Shown in pieces: positions 37,714-50,000 of a DNA stretch of 64,000 nucleotides. The stretch is from Amoebophrya sp. A120 (Eukaryota > Protista > Dinoflagellata): NCBI GenBank assembly GCA_905178155.1, contig CAJINV010000018.1:972609-1036608 (forward strand). Direction: 5' to 3'. The position numbers were made by a program, and so were the translations under genes. The notes beneath the pieces were generated by a model. It saw only the letters and a list, made by a program, of their open reading frames with translations, did not search any database and was not told the origin of the DNA. Position 1 is the first letter of the stretch, and each line of letters begins with the position of its first letter.

Positions 37714-38714
37714 CTGTAGTATGTTTTATTTTTACATGGAAATGCATCATTTCAACCATTCAAGGTTCCATCATTATCGCCAGACACCATTGCAATTCAA
37801 CGTACTCCTACTCACTCAAGTCTCTTTCATCTTAAAAGAAAAAAAACCCACACACACAATCAAGCTTTGCCTCTGCTTGAGATCTCTGTCACAGCAAAAA
37901 AAACATAGCCAAGAAAATGCCACCAAAGTTGATCTTCAAACAAATTCAAATTCTTCAAAAATTATCATGGATCGGTCGCGTTTTTGCTTTGCACGCTTTC
38001 CTAAAAGACTCAGGATCCGAGGGCAAGATCGCCGAGCTCTTGAAAAAAGCCGCAGAAGTCAAAAGTGGTTCGGGGTGATAAAGATCACAGCGTCAAACGA
38101 CTCAAATATTATTTATTATATCTGGGGGGGGGGCGAAGATGTAGCAGTGCATATATCAGAAAAATCTTAGTCTTACGTTGTGCTGGTACCGAGATGCGAT
38201 AATAAACGGTAGAGCTGCTGGTCTGGTCCTTGCGTCCTCGTGTTGGATACTCGTCACTGCTCTTTTGTCCCGTGCAAAAACTACAAACATCGTACCGGTA
38301 GACGCACACATCGGAATAGCAGCACAGCATCGGCATGACAAAAAATTCATAAAATGTTCATTTCCGGCCCCGGGTCACACAAATGCATGTCGAAAGTCAT
38401 TCACTTTCTTGACTTTGATGCAGAAACGTGTGCGCCTAAGCTAGCAGTACTTGTTTTGCGGTCATGCTGCGTAGATATTCTTGATCACTGGGTTGCCGTT
38501 CTGGTGCTTCACTGTATTCTCGAAATTCATGCTTTATTCTCTGGTAGATTCTTGTTCCGAACAATTCTTCTTTATTGACACTCGACTTCTCTTCTTTCAA
38601 ACTTCTGCTTCGCTACTAAATCTCCTTCTGTATTCACAAGAAAAAACCACCGTTAACATCTCCTCGAACAACTTCTACTATTTTTCTATCTACACATCGT
38701 CGTCGTCGTCTTCG

Positions 38715-41700
38715 TCAATATCTTCTGCTCGCCGCCCCCTGCTGCCTCGCGTCTGCTTGTTTCTCTCGTAATAGAATGCTCTCTGTTCTGCTGCGCGGAT
38801 TTCTGCTGCCCTCTTGGCCGCGTGCTGTGCCGCCACCGCGTGGTGCATATGAATGCGCAGCTCCCGCTGTTGCTGCCGCAACACGGTTATGCACTGCAAA
38901 AGTAATATCCATCGCGTTGCTTCTATTTTCAAAACAAATTTTCGAAAGATCCAAAAAGCAATTCGTCATGCTAGACATCAGGTAGGAAAGAAGATCTCTC
39001 ACGTCGCATGATGTTCTTGACTGCGATAATTTTTAGTGTACGAAATACGACAAACTCTTGCAATGGATAACGGTTTGCTGATCGAGCTGGCGTGCCGTCC
39101 CCATCAGTCTATCAAATGCAAAAGTGTCTGCGTCTGGGTCTGGAAACTTGTGATGCTAGAATGTGGATGATGGAAAGAGTTCCGAATGCAACCCAGCATG
39201 ACAACTTTCCAGAACGCTCTCTCATAGGCAATCCGCATGAGAAATTGCGTTTTCGCATGTACAAAAGAGGTCGCGACTTTTGTTGGTAACGCAATACAGA
39301 TTTTCTAGGTATGGAGAGCTAGCATTACAAGTTCCAACCCTTCCAGACCCAGACATTTTTACATTTGATACAGTCCCATGGCGTGCAACTGCCGAAAATA
39401 TTGGCTGCGGTACACTTCCTATCCCACGAAAAAACTGTTTCACTGTGATGATCTTGCAAGATATGCATCACAAGTTTGTTACGCATGACACTGAAAATCT
39501 GTCATGCGCGCTTCCCAAAGGAAAACACGCTTCAAAATCCGATGTCTTGCAGGTGTAGCAAGACAAGTAGTTCTGTGTTCCATTTTCTGCATCACAAGCT
39601 CACAGCGAAACTACAGTATTTTCTTGCGATACTTCCTTTGCATGCTGGTCCCGCAAGAAGGCCTCGCAATATCAAATCGAAGAAAGTCCCTACGTACCCC
39701 TCATTTCTATTAGACAATAGAGCAAGAGAATCTAAAAATACCAGTCTTCTCTGGCGCGATTTCAGTACAACGAACTACACAAAGCAATAGCACTCTGTCC
39801 TCTTCATGCAAGACTCACGTCGTGGGTAATAACCTCCCAAGTATACAACGAATAAGAAACGCCATGCCTGCACAGCTCTACAGAGAACAAGAGCAACTCA
39901 CCACAACCGTGAGTCAAAATACATTTACTGAGTATGTATTGAGGGGACGAGGTGGGGCGGGGTTTTTTGCTCATAGTAGGTAAGCCTGCTGCATTTTCTC
40001 TTCCGAGTGGCTGTTCTGCAGCCGCTGGTAGGTGCGCTCGTATTGCAAGCGACCGTACTGCGACACTTCGTTGGAATCCTTGGAATTGATTTGGTGTTTG
40101 TGCTTCATGATCTAGTACTTTGATGGGGAAGATAACTAGTACTCGAAAAAAAAAACTGATTGCCCATGAAAGTGGACAAGCAAGATCCATACAACTGCAG
40201 CAAGGCCGAGGGGGAACAAAACAAGAACTAAAAGTGATCCATTGTAGAAACAAAAGGACAAATTACATACACCGCAAGTACAAGATCCTTTTCTAAAATT
40301 TGGAACGAAAAGCAGGAAAAAAAGAAGCAGATCTGCCGAAACCGATCGGAGTAAAGTGGCTCAGTTGTGAGATGAAGATGTGGATGTCCTCCTAGTATCC
40401 ATGCACTCACATAGTGATCGTTATTCGTCGTGGGTCTTACGAGGTCGAGGACAAGCTCTAGTTCTACATAATTTTCCACCCAGCTAAAAGTTGCTAACAT
40501 TGAGTTTGAACATATTACATACCAGCCAATTGCTACCATTGAGTTCTTTTCATCCAAAATTGAGTTTAACATACCAGCGTCATGTGGATGTAGTTGTGAA
40601 TTTCCTCGTTGACCATGTCGTCGCTGACAATTTTCCGTATCATGGCCAGCACGTCCGTCGGGGAAAGCAGGCCGCGCTGGGTGAGCTGCGCCAGCTGAAT
40701 GGTGAGAAAGTGCCGGATATTGCAAGGAAAAGTCCCCCCTCCCCATATTGAAAACGTATTCTGGTGAAAATTTGTGATGCAGATTTGTGACCAAAAACCC
40801 TGCCTGTCTTGCCGGAAGGCAAACTCAGAGAGCCCGCCGCGTTCTGCGGGCGGTTTGTCATGCTGTAAAGCCTACACGGCAGACGTCTGCCATGCTAGAC
40901 GCCTACACGACCAAAAGGCCCCTGCCTAAGCTTGCGAGCTGCGTACAGTCCTCTACTGCAAGACAGATGCGATTTGTGTAGACAAATCCCGCAACACAGA
41001 TTTCCGTTTTGATATGGGGAGGGGGGATTTTTCCTTTTGATACCGGAACTGCGGGTCCCCCACGTTGCTGGTCGCCAGGATCCGGTCCGCCACGGAATGA
41101 AATTGCTGCACGAACTCTGGCGCGTACCCAGCCTCGTCCCCGCGGCGCATCTGCTCCAGCCGCTGTTTGTACTCCTCAACCGACATGCCCATCTGCGCGG
41201 CGGCGAAATGCTGGTTGTGTTCCTCTACGGCCGCCTCGGCCTCCGCGTATCAAAAGGAAAAAGGCCACCTCCCCATATCGGAAACGAAACTTGTGATGCT
41301 GCATTCGAGTACACAAATCGACTTGTATTGCTAGAAGGCCAAGACACGCAGCTGTGGCCTGAATTGCATGCAATTTTTCATGCTGTTCCCCACTTCCAGT
41401 CGCCTCCTGTCATGCTGGAGATGCAAGGCCTTCCCATGCTAGCCAGCACTACAGTCCACATCTTTTGCCTTTTAACATCACAAAACTGATTTGTTACCAC
41501 GAATCTGCATCTTCACAGGTTTCTCTTTTTATATGGGGAGGGGGAATTTTGCATTGTAATACCGCGCGCCCGCTCTTCTCGTAGTCCTGCAGCAGGCGCA
41601 GGTAGGCCTTGTCCTTCACGTGCAGGGTCATACTTGGGTGGTGTCAAATGTAAAAATGTCTGGGTCTGGAAGATTGCAACTTGTCATGCTGTTTTTGGAC

Positions 41701-43793
41701 TCTAAAAAAAATTGTATTGCATGACCAGCAAAATGGGTGCAGTTTTTGCTACACAGACAGGCCATTTCTCATGCGGAAGGTGCATCAGGAAGCCCTCTAA
41801 AAATCTTCGATGCTAGTTCAAGCATTACAGGTATCATGGGTCATGAGAAATATGCATGACAAATCTTGCATTCTTCCAGACCCAGACATTTTTGCATTTG
41901 ATAGGTGGTGGCCCATGGCGACGTGGTACATGTGGTCGCGCCGGGAACCGCCGCCCACGGAGGAGCTCGTCGTGCGCGCATGTTGACCGCCCCCGTGCTG
42001 TTGCTGTTGATGTTCCCCAGCAGCACTCCCCGTTTGTTGAGATGAAGGCCCACCGCCACTGCTGCTGCGCAGGATAGCCATCCGCGGCCCACTGCCCTTA
42101 TGGGGTTCTCAAGCGTTACACTCTCCACTGTTGCATGGATTTTATTTTGGCCTGCAGAATTCTCCTCAGTATCTGGATGACCAAGCTGCTTCGCGTGCAA
42201 AGAACAAGAAGTTCTTAGCGAGCTAGATAGCATCGGAACAATCTGCGCCAAAGAACCTGTACGTGCCAAAGGCACGAACATACAAGAACTCTTCCGTCTT
42301 TCACTTTTGCCATTCTTGCATCTTTACAAATTCTAATTCATGGAACGGTTGTGAATGTAACGTTTGAGACTCCCATAGCCCGAAGTGAACACATCGTATG
42401 CGTCCTTGGCGTTCTGCATCTCTTGCTCGTACAATTGGATGCCGATCAGGTCAATATCCGCGTTGTCCTTGTTGTCTTCCGAGAGCAGCTATCAAACGCA
42501 AATGTGTCTCGGTCTGGAAGATTGCGAGCTTTGCCTTTGTCATGCTTTTCTGGCATGACTCTGGACTCTGTGTTGCGTGGCCACAAACAGCTCTCTCTGC
42601 CTGTCGTGCAATACCGCAGCTTCTCATGCGGAATACGCAACACAGCGCGACGAAAAAACCTGTCATGCTTGGCGGTGCATTACAGAGTGCTTGGTATTCG
42701 CTGAGTTGCATTACAAGTTTCCAGACCCAGACCACATATTTGCCATTCATAGCAGCCGCTTCAGACTCTGCATCCGCTTCTCCCGATGCATGGCCTTATG
42801 AAATGCAAAAGCATCGTACTAGTAGAAATCGCATGACAAATTCTCCCAGCATGAAAAATGGAATTTGTCATGCGGATTGAGCTTCAGAAGGAGATTTGTA
42901 ATGCATGGCTGCGATTACTACGAGTACGATACTTTGGCAGTTCATAGGCCTCCCGCCGCTGCAACTTGCGGTCCTCCACCTGCGCCTGCTTGGTCATCTT
43001 CGTGCCCTGTCGGTTCGCCTTCAGCTGTTCCTCGTACCAGTCGCTCGACAGGGACGGCTCCACAAACGTGTGCATGCCCGCAGAACTACCGGAGGCAGCA
43101 CGGTGCTGCGCCCAATACTGCTGGTTGTGGATCCTGTGTTGACCATTCTGCGTTTTTCATCTTTCTTTGTGAGTCAGTAGCTCCTTTGATGTTATAATTC
43201 ACAGGGTAATTATTCCCTATCACGTGCAGCATGGTGTTGACATCAGCGGGAACTACATTCATTCTCCTGAAGAAGTTAATACTTTGATTTTGTTTGATGC
43301 AAGATGAACTACGTAAGTGCTAGAACTTCTTCCACTTTATTGTCGCGTACTAAAGACTTTTTATACCGTTCTGATGGGAACTGCTCTGGACCAATGGGCC
43401 TTCCATACATCCCCGCGGTAGTAGAAGCCCCGTTGGCGTTGATGCCCTTATTTGGGCTGTCCAGGACCGTCCAGTGGTGTTGCCAGCCTATCATACGAAA
43501 AAGTGTTTCATTGTAAAGTAAGGACTTTGCGTGCAAGTTTTGCATCACAAGTTTGTTCTAAATGACTAAAGAAAATTTGCCATGCGAGGTTCCTAAGGCA
43601 AGATCAAAACACGTTTGAAATTCCATATGTCTTGCATGTGTAGCAAGACAAACACTTCTGCAATGCACTTTCTGCATCACAAGTTTACAGTGAAACAGTT
43701 TTTTCCTTCGATACAGTCTTGCGTGATAGCAAGCCGGTATGCGGCGTCCGAAATCCAGCTGCTGGCGTGCACGGTGTCGCTTCTTATCGACAT
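38715..43793 (-). CDS. Hypothetical protein, multi-exon
   Basis: Starts MSIRSDTVHASSW at 43793; frame traced through introners to ~40575 (...EEIHNYIHMTL). The 3' exons joined by canonical introns are less certain. Confidence 0.6.
39110..39370. mobile_element. Introner family A, 261 bp
   Basis: Family A TIRs; TSD cagtc. Confidence 0.95.
39420..39631. mobile_element. Introner family E, 212 bp
   Basis: Close relative of 36321-36529; TSD cttcc. Confidence 0.95.
40718..41042. mobile_element. Introner family G, 325 bp
   Basis: Family G TIRs; TSD ccgga. Confidence 0.95.
41248..41561. mobile_element. Introner family G, 314 bp
   Basis: Family G TIRs; TSD ccgcg. Confidence 0.93.
41642..41903. mobile_element. 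Introner family A, 262 bp
   Basis: Left end TGT; reverse-complement relative of 1177-1438; TSD ggtgg. Confidence 0.93.
42099..42377. mobile_element. Introner family H, 279 bp
   Basis: Family H TIRs; TSD gccct/gcccg. Confidence 0.9.
42490..42751. mobile_element. Introner family A, 262 bp
   Basis: Family A TIRs; TSD gcagc. Confidence 0.93.
42797..42946. mobile_element. Introner family C, 150 bp
   Basis: Family C TIRs; TSD ggcct. Confidence 0.93.
43489..43713. mobile_element. Introner family E, 225 bp
   Basis: Family E TIRs; TSD cagcc/cagtc. Confidence 0.9.
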
Positions 43794-44050
43794 TACAAAT
43801 TCTCGATCTGGGAGGTCGGATGAAAAAGTAGATGGTTGTACTTTAATGCTTGGTATGCAAGTTCATCGTCCGCAGCGAACAGTAGTTGTCCTCCTGGTCC
43901 TCGAATGAGATTCATATATAAAACGACTTCTTTTATTCTTTCAGAGTGGGCAACTACAGATCGCCATATTTTATAGCAAACTTGTCCTCGTCTCCTGTGG
44001 CCCCGTATTGAAGAAGTGTCCTTCCTTGATGTAATTGTCCGCATCCGATA

Positions 44051-47000
44051 TCAGCATGACAACTTTCGTCCAGACTCAGATCGATATTTATTTTTGCAAC
44101 TCGTATTTCTTCCTCCCTTTGCATTTCCACTGTTCACTTTTTTCACGGTCGTCGCCTCGGCGTTCTCCGCCCACCAATCCGGAACTCTTTGCGCTGCTTA
44201 TCACAATGAAAAACGCCCCCACCCCCGAACTTGGCGGGGGCATTTGTATTGCAAACCTTTCCAACAGAAACATTCGTCCCCTTGCATCTAGCAGCATCAC
44301 AGATTTCAAATCGTGAATAGCGAAAATTTGTATTGCAAAAGATCCCAGCAGGAGCGGCGCTTGTGATGTAAGCAATGCTATATACGCCTAGACTCTGCAT
44401 CACAAAGATTCATATTTCTTTCATGCATGACAAAAGCTTTTCATTTGGAAACTTCGCATCACAAATTGTTGCAACTTTGGGGTTGGGAACCTTTTTCACT
44501 GTAATACTGCTCTCTCGTTGCTGGAGGCGCCGAAAAGGAACCGGAAGGGTGAAATCGAGGAAAAGAAGCCTGTGGGTGCTTGCTCCCCGGGCTGATGATG
44601 CTCCTGCCCTACTACAAATGCGTCATGAACAGCTCCACTACCTGCGGTGGAGAACACTGCGCCGGACTGGTACAACTGTTGCGCGGATCTAATGTTGTGC
44701 AGATTGGCGTTCTTGTTCGACATTCCTGTGTAGAACAAATGGTCTAACTTCGCGCCCCCGTCGTTCAGCAGTCGGCTCCGCTGCTCGTGCTGTCGTGCCG
44801 CGCGCCAGGACGACCACGGAAGAAACATCCACACGAACACGCAGACAACCGCCACGTGGAAGAAAGCCCGCCCGGGCGCGGACAGGTACTCAAAAAGGTT
44901 GAGCAAGAGCTGGTGAAAATGATTTTGGTAGGAACCACGCGCGTGTCCACCAGCTGTCCCCCACTTCTGCGCTGCACTGCCAGTTAACCCCGCCCGGCGA
45001 GCCTGCAGAGCCGCAAACCTGGTGCTCTGTCGTGCGTTGCTACTATTGTATCCAGTAGCTGTGCTGCTCCCAAAGGGCGAGGAGAAGGAGGAGCTAGAAG
45101 AAGTTGCAGTACTGGTGCCAGCTGTATCACGCGCAAAAATGTCTGGGTCTGGAAGACTCGGAGCCTGTCATGCACATTTTGCATTGATTGATTGATTGAT
45201 GTAGCTACGCCCCCTGACGTACCTCGGTAGCCGATTGCTCTACCAGCCGGAGATGCTAAATTCATGCCTATCTGTTCGCGTTTGCATAAGCCATGATGTC
45301 TGTGATGCATGCCCTAGCATCACAGATTTTTTGATGGCATCTTGAACTTGATGCCTACTCAGCATGACAAATCCCTTCTCCACGTAGCAAAAATCGACTC
45401 CCTTTGCTGCTCATGCAATACAGATTTTTTTTGGAATCCAAATGCAGTATCACAAGTTGCAATGTTCCAGACCCAGACATTTTTGCAATTCATAAGCTGT
45501 TGTTGTTGACAACTGTCCTCTGCTGGCAGATGATGATGCAGCAGCGTGATGTTCCTTCTTACTGTTGCGGTTCGCGGGCCGGTACTTGTTGATAATCTTC
45601 GTCGAGGACGACGTAGTTGTACTACTAGAGCTGCTTACGCTTGTTCCCCCACTAGAACAACCCGCGTGCTCTGCGTCTTGTTCGGCCCCGTTGGACGACG
45701 CGTGCTGTTGGTCTGCTCCTGCGGAAGTAGAACTGGACGAGGAGTGCTCAGAAGTAGAAGATGATGAAAAGGAGCCATCACTTGAAGATGTTGTTCCCTG
45801 GTAGTTGGTGTTCATCTCTTCTGTAGCTGCGCCGCGACCACGCGCCCGGGGATTTTTGTCCTCGACGTGGTCACAATCATCTTCCCCTACTTCGCCCAAA
45901 ACTTTCGCCGCGTTGGAGAGCGCCGCGGAATCTGGGATGATGTTGCCGTACGATGTATCCATAGTGGCGGAGAAGAGTGCTTCCACATAGTACTTCCAAT
46001 GCACTTATCAACTGTAAAAATGTCTGGGTCTGGAAGATTCTGATACTTGTCATGCACGTTTTGCATGAGCCATGATGTCTGTGATCCATACCCTAGCAAT
46101 ACAGATTTTTTGAGGGCTTCTTGATGCCTATTCCGCATGGAAAATGCCTTCTCAGCGTAGCGAAAATTGCATTCCCTTTGGTACTCATGCAATACAGATT
46201 TTTTTGGAATCCAAACGCAGCATCACAAGTTGCATTCTTCCAGACCCAGACATTTTTACATTTGATAGCACTTGCCGAGACAGATAGTCCGCCGTGAACC
46301 TGCACTCAAACTCGTTTTCCAAATCGAGCTATTAAAATGAAAAATCCCCCCTCCCCATACCGAAACGGAGATTTGTGTAGCATGATTTGCTACCACAAAT
46401 CATGTTGTCATGCTAGAAGGCAAAAGATGCGGACTGTACTGCTTGCTGGCGTGGGAAAACTTTGCATCTTCAGCATCACAGGAGGCCACTGTAAGTGGGA
46501 AAAAGCATGACATATCGCCTACAATTTAGGCCGCATCTGCGTCTCTTGGCCTTCTAGCAATACAAGTGGATTTGTGTACGCAAATCCAGCATCACAAGTA
46601 ATGTCCTTTTCAATATGGGGACGGGGGATTTTTCCTTGCAATACGAGCGGCGGCAGGTGGATCCGCTGCCAGAAGCTCGGTTTCTGCTGTTTGCTCTTCA
46701 AATTGATGTGCGTTTTCTTGTTCAAGGATACCCGGACCGAAGAGTTCTTCACTGGCTTAGAATGTTGATTACTGTGACTGCTGCTGCTGCTGTTCTGCTG
46801 TAATGTAGTAACTTCGCCTCCGTGGTCCTCGGCTTGATATTGTGAATGGTTATAACCGGAATTCGCAGAAGAGTTGTCTCCTTGTGAAAATGCTCGTCCG
46901 GAGTTGTAGTTACTACTGCTCTCGTCGTGGTCCTGACCCGAAATGCTGTGCTGAAACTCCGCTCCTGATCCTTCCGATACTCCTTGCTCGAGTACTTTCC

Positions 47001-50000
47001 GTACGTACACAACTTTCCGGTACCCCTTCTTCGACAGCAAAATGCCGTGCACCAACTGCGTCACCAGAAATTCGAAGGTCCTGGGCAGACTGTCCTTGCT
47101 GTTGGCAAACACGTAAAAGCGCTTCAGGTTTCGCAGCATGGTTTGCACTTTTTCCATCACGAAGTGGCAGACTTGCCGCTTCTTGGCGACGAGGAAGCGA
47201 AAAGTGAGCGCCGGATATTCAAGGCAGCAGTCCTTGATGTTCACGTAGCTGTACTTATTCGTCTTGTCCGCGGATGTCGTTCTTACAGTGGAGGCGGGCG
47301 AGGAAGTTCTTGTGGCACTACTACCATGATCTGCGGAGGAGCTGGAGCTTGACGTTGATGCCTTATTGGTCATCGCGGATGCAGCCGGGGAAATGATTGA
47401 AGTTGCTGTGCTCGCTGTTGCACCATCCGCCTGCTCAGAAGTAGCTGCGCCACTAGCGGACGTAACGGAATCACCCAGAGTACTAGAAGACAACTTCGGC
47501 TGAGTCGTGTACCTTTTCATCTTTCTGCACCACTGCAGGCTGTTTCGGTAGGCTTTCTGCATGTTTTTTCCGACGTTGGACCCAAGCACCTGCTGTGTGA
47601 TGCATTTGCCGTGGGTGGTGGCGAAGTTGCCACATCTTTTTCCGCACCGCCGAACCGTGTCTCGTCCCGCGCAAGCGAATGCGGAAGACCCGCCGGAAGT
47701 TGTCGGGCGCCGCCGCTGTTTGCCTGCCGGTGAAGGAGCTCCTGAAGATGTCGTGGAGGGGGCTGATCTTTTTGGAGAAAGAACCGCAGTCGTGGTCGGC
47801 GCTGAATCACCACCCAGAGCAGGAGACCCAGTTCCTTGTGATGTGACTGCCGCATCATGAACGTCTCCTTGATGTTGCACCAGCCTCGAGAAAGCAGGGA
47901 GATCCCCAGCACGCGGGGCGGTTTTTGGTCCGTGTGCCCCAGGAGCGGCCCCCGCCCCGCCGGCGCCGATTACGGAAGAACTGTTGTGCTCTTCTTGATG
48001 AGGCAAATAACCATTAGCATCAAGACTACGACCTCTCGCACCGAGCATCATCCGACTCGCTGCTGCGTCGTCGAAATTCATTGGAGATTCCGCTGTGGTC
48101 TCGGCCGAGCTCGCGGGGGCAACTACTACGCCCCCGCTGGGAACAAAGTTATTTGCAGCGGTTTTTTTCTCCAACAGCTGCGACGTCAGCAGCAGTTGTT
48201 GCTTCTGCTTTTTCGTCTTTTTTGCGATCACATTCGGCAAGATGTCCTCTCCGGTTACGGTGCTCACCGCTTTGGCGTTCACCTGCTTCAGCAACTTCCG
48301 TGCCACTTTCAACGCTTCAGCGGCCTTGTTTATGTTCTGCGCGTCAGTAGACTCGCTAGTGCAGCTGCTCGGGTGATGAAGATGCTGCTGTTCAGGAATG
48401 CTCATGCTAGCGGAAGTGGTCGTAGCTGGGGCGTAGTTCACTGCGGCTGGCGTTTGGTCTGGCATCTTGTGCCTGAGGTTTGATGTTGTGTGCCTTTTTC
48501 TTCCGTGTGCATGTTTGTACGCCGTGCGTGGCGTCGTGCTTTAAGTGATGGCTCCAGCACGTCTCATCATGACAAAAATAGTAAATGAATTCGGTCGAGG
48601 TACTAGTTCTGTTTGGAACATCAATCAATCCGGATTTCACAATCATCTGAAAAAAAAAATAACTTCACATGTGAGTACTTACTATGGTAAGTACCTGTTC
48701 GAGGCGCTGGCAATGGAATTCACGTCTACACTCGTGACGCTGCACCCGCCGGCCGGTGTGAACACACTCGCCGCGGGGGTTCCTTGCTCCAATTCCCCAA
48801 AGGAGGCCGTCGAACTTGAGGAATCGCGCAAGATCATCGACAATTTCGGCTCCTGTTGGAAGTGATTTTTTCCATATTGATATTGCTGCTGTCCAACACT
48901 GGCTGTGGAAAAAGATGAGCCCGAAGCTGCAGATGCTGGAACCGCTCCCGCGCCAGAGTTGTACATCAATAGCTGCTCTTGTTGTTCGATTGACGTCGAC
49001 ACACAGACACTTTTCGAAATCGAGGATCCAGCACTTGATGTTCCCGTAAGTTTGTTATTCCCGGTGGAAGAAGATGACATCGTCGCGGCACTGTTCAGCG
49101 GGGGCGCGTTCATATTCATGACGTCTTTTTGCTTTTTCTGCTTTTTCCCGCCCTTGTTTTCCTTCTTCTTCCCGCCGAGGTGCGATTTCATCTGCTTTAA
49201 CCGCTGCGCTTCGCGGAACACGGCCTCCGGATCCAATTCGGGCTGCTTGGGCTTCGTCGAGAGGTGGTTCATTCCGACGTCCAGCTGGCTGGCGGTCAGG
49301 GTGTTTTGCAGAGAGTCTTGGTTGCTTGTTCCGGATGTGGTCGTCAACGGGCTGGGATTATTGGTTGACGCTTGTTGAAGATGATTTTCAGTAGTTCCAG
49401 CACTGCCGTCGCGCATCATCTGGCTATCGGTCACGCAAATGTCTCGGTGAAAGTCCTCTGGCTTGTCGATGCAAATGTCGATTTGCCGTGTGGCGTGGGA
49501 GTTGCTCGTTGCATCACCATCGTGCGCCAGCTGTTGTTCGCATGCTTGCTGCTCCTGATAAGAGGTCGCACCGCCCCCGCAGCTAGAATTATAATTGGTA
49601 CTATTTTCATTGGTGATACTGTACTTGCTGTAACCAAGATTGTTCTTGTTTTCCCACCGGGTTGCTCGCAGCGACGGGTGCCAGTTCTCCGCGTTGTTGT
49701 GCTGATTCACATTGTTCATCTGGTTGCCAGAATTATTATACAGGCCCATTTTTGCAGCTGCAGAACTCGTCCTATTCGTGGCTGCACTACCACTTCCACC
49801 AGAGTTGTTCATTAGCGTCGCATTGCTGACCCCACCGTCCCCGTTGCCGCCAGAGGAATCTGCAGCTCGGGTGGACGAGGAAGTTGTCGTGTTACTGTTG
49901 TACTTGTTCGCATTGTTTTTCTGAAGACTCTCGCCATTAGCAGTCCAATGCGGATGGTGGTGTTGACCACTGCCACGACTCCAGGTAGAACTTTCGTTGC

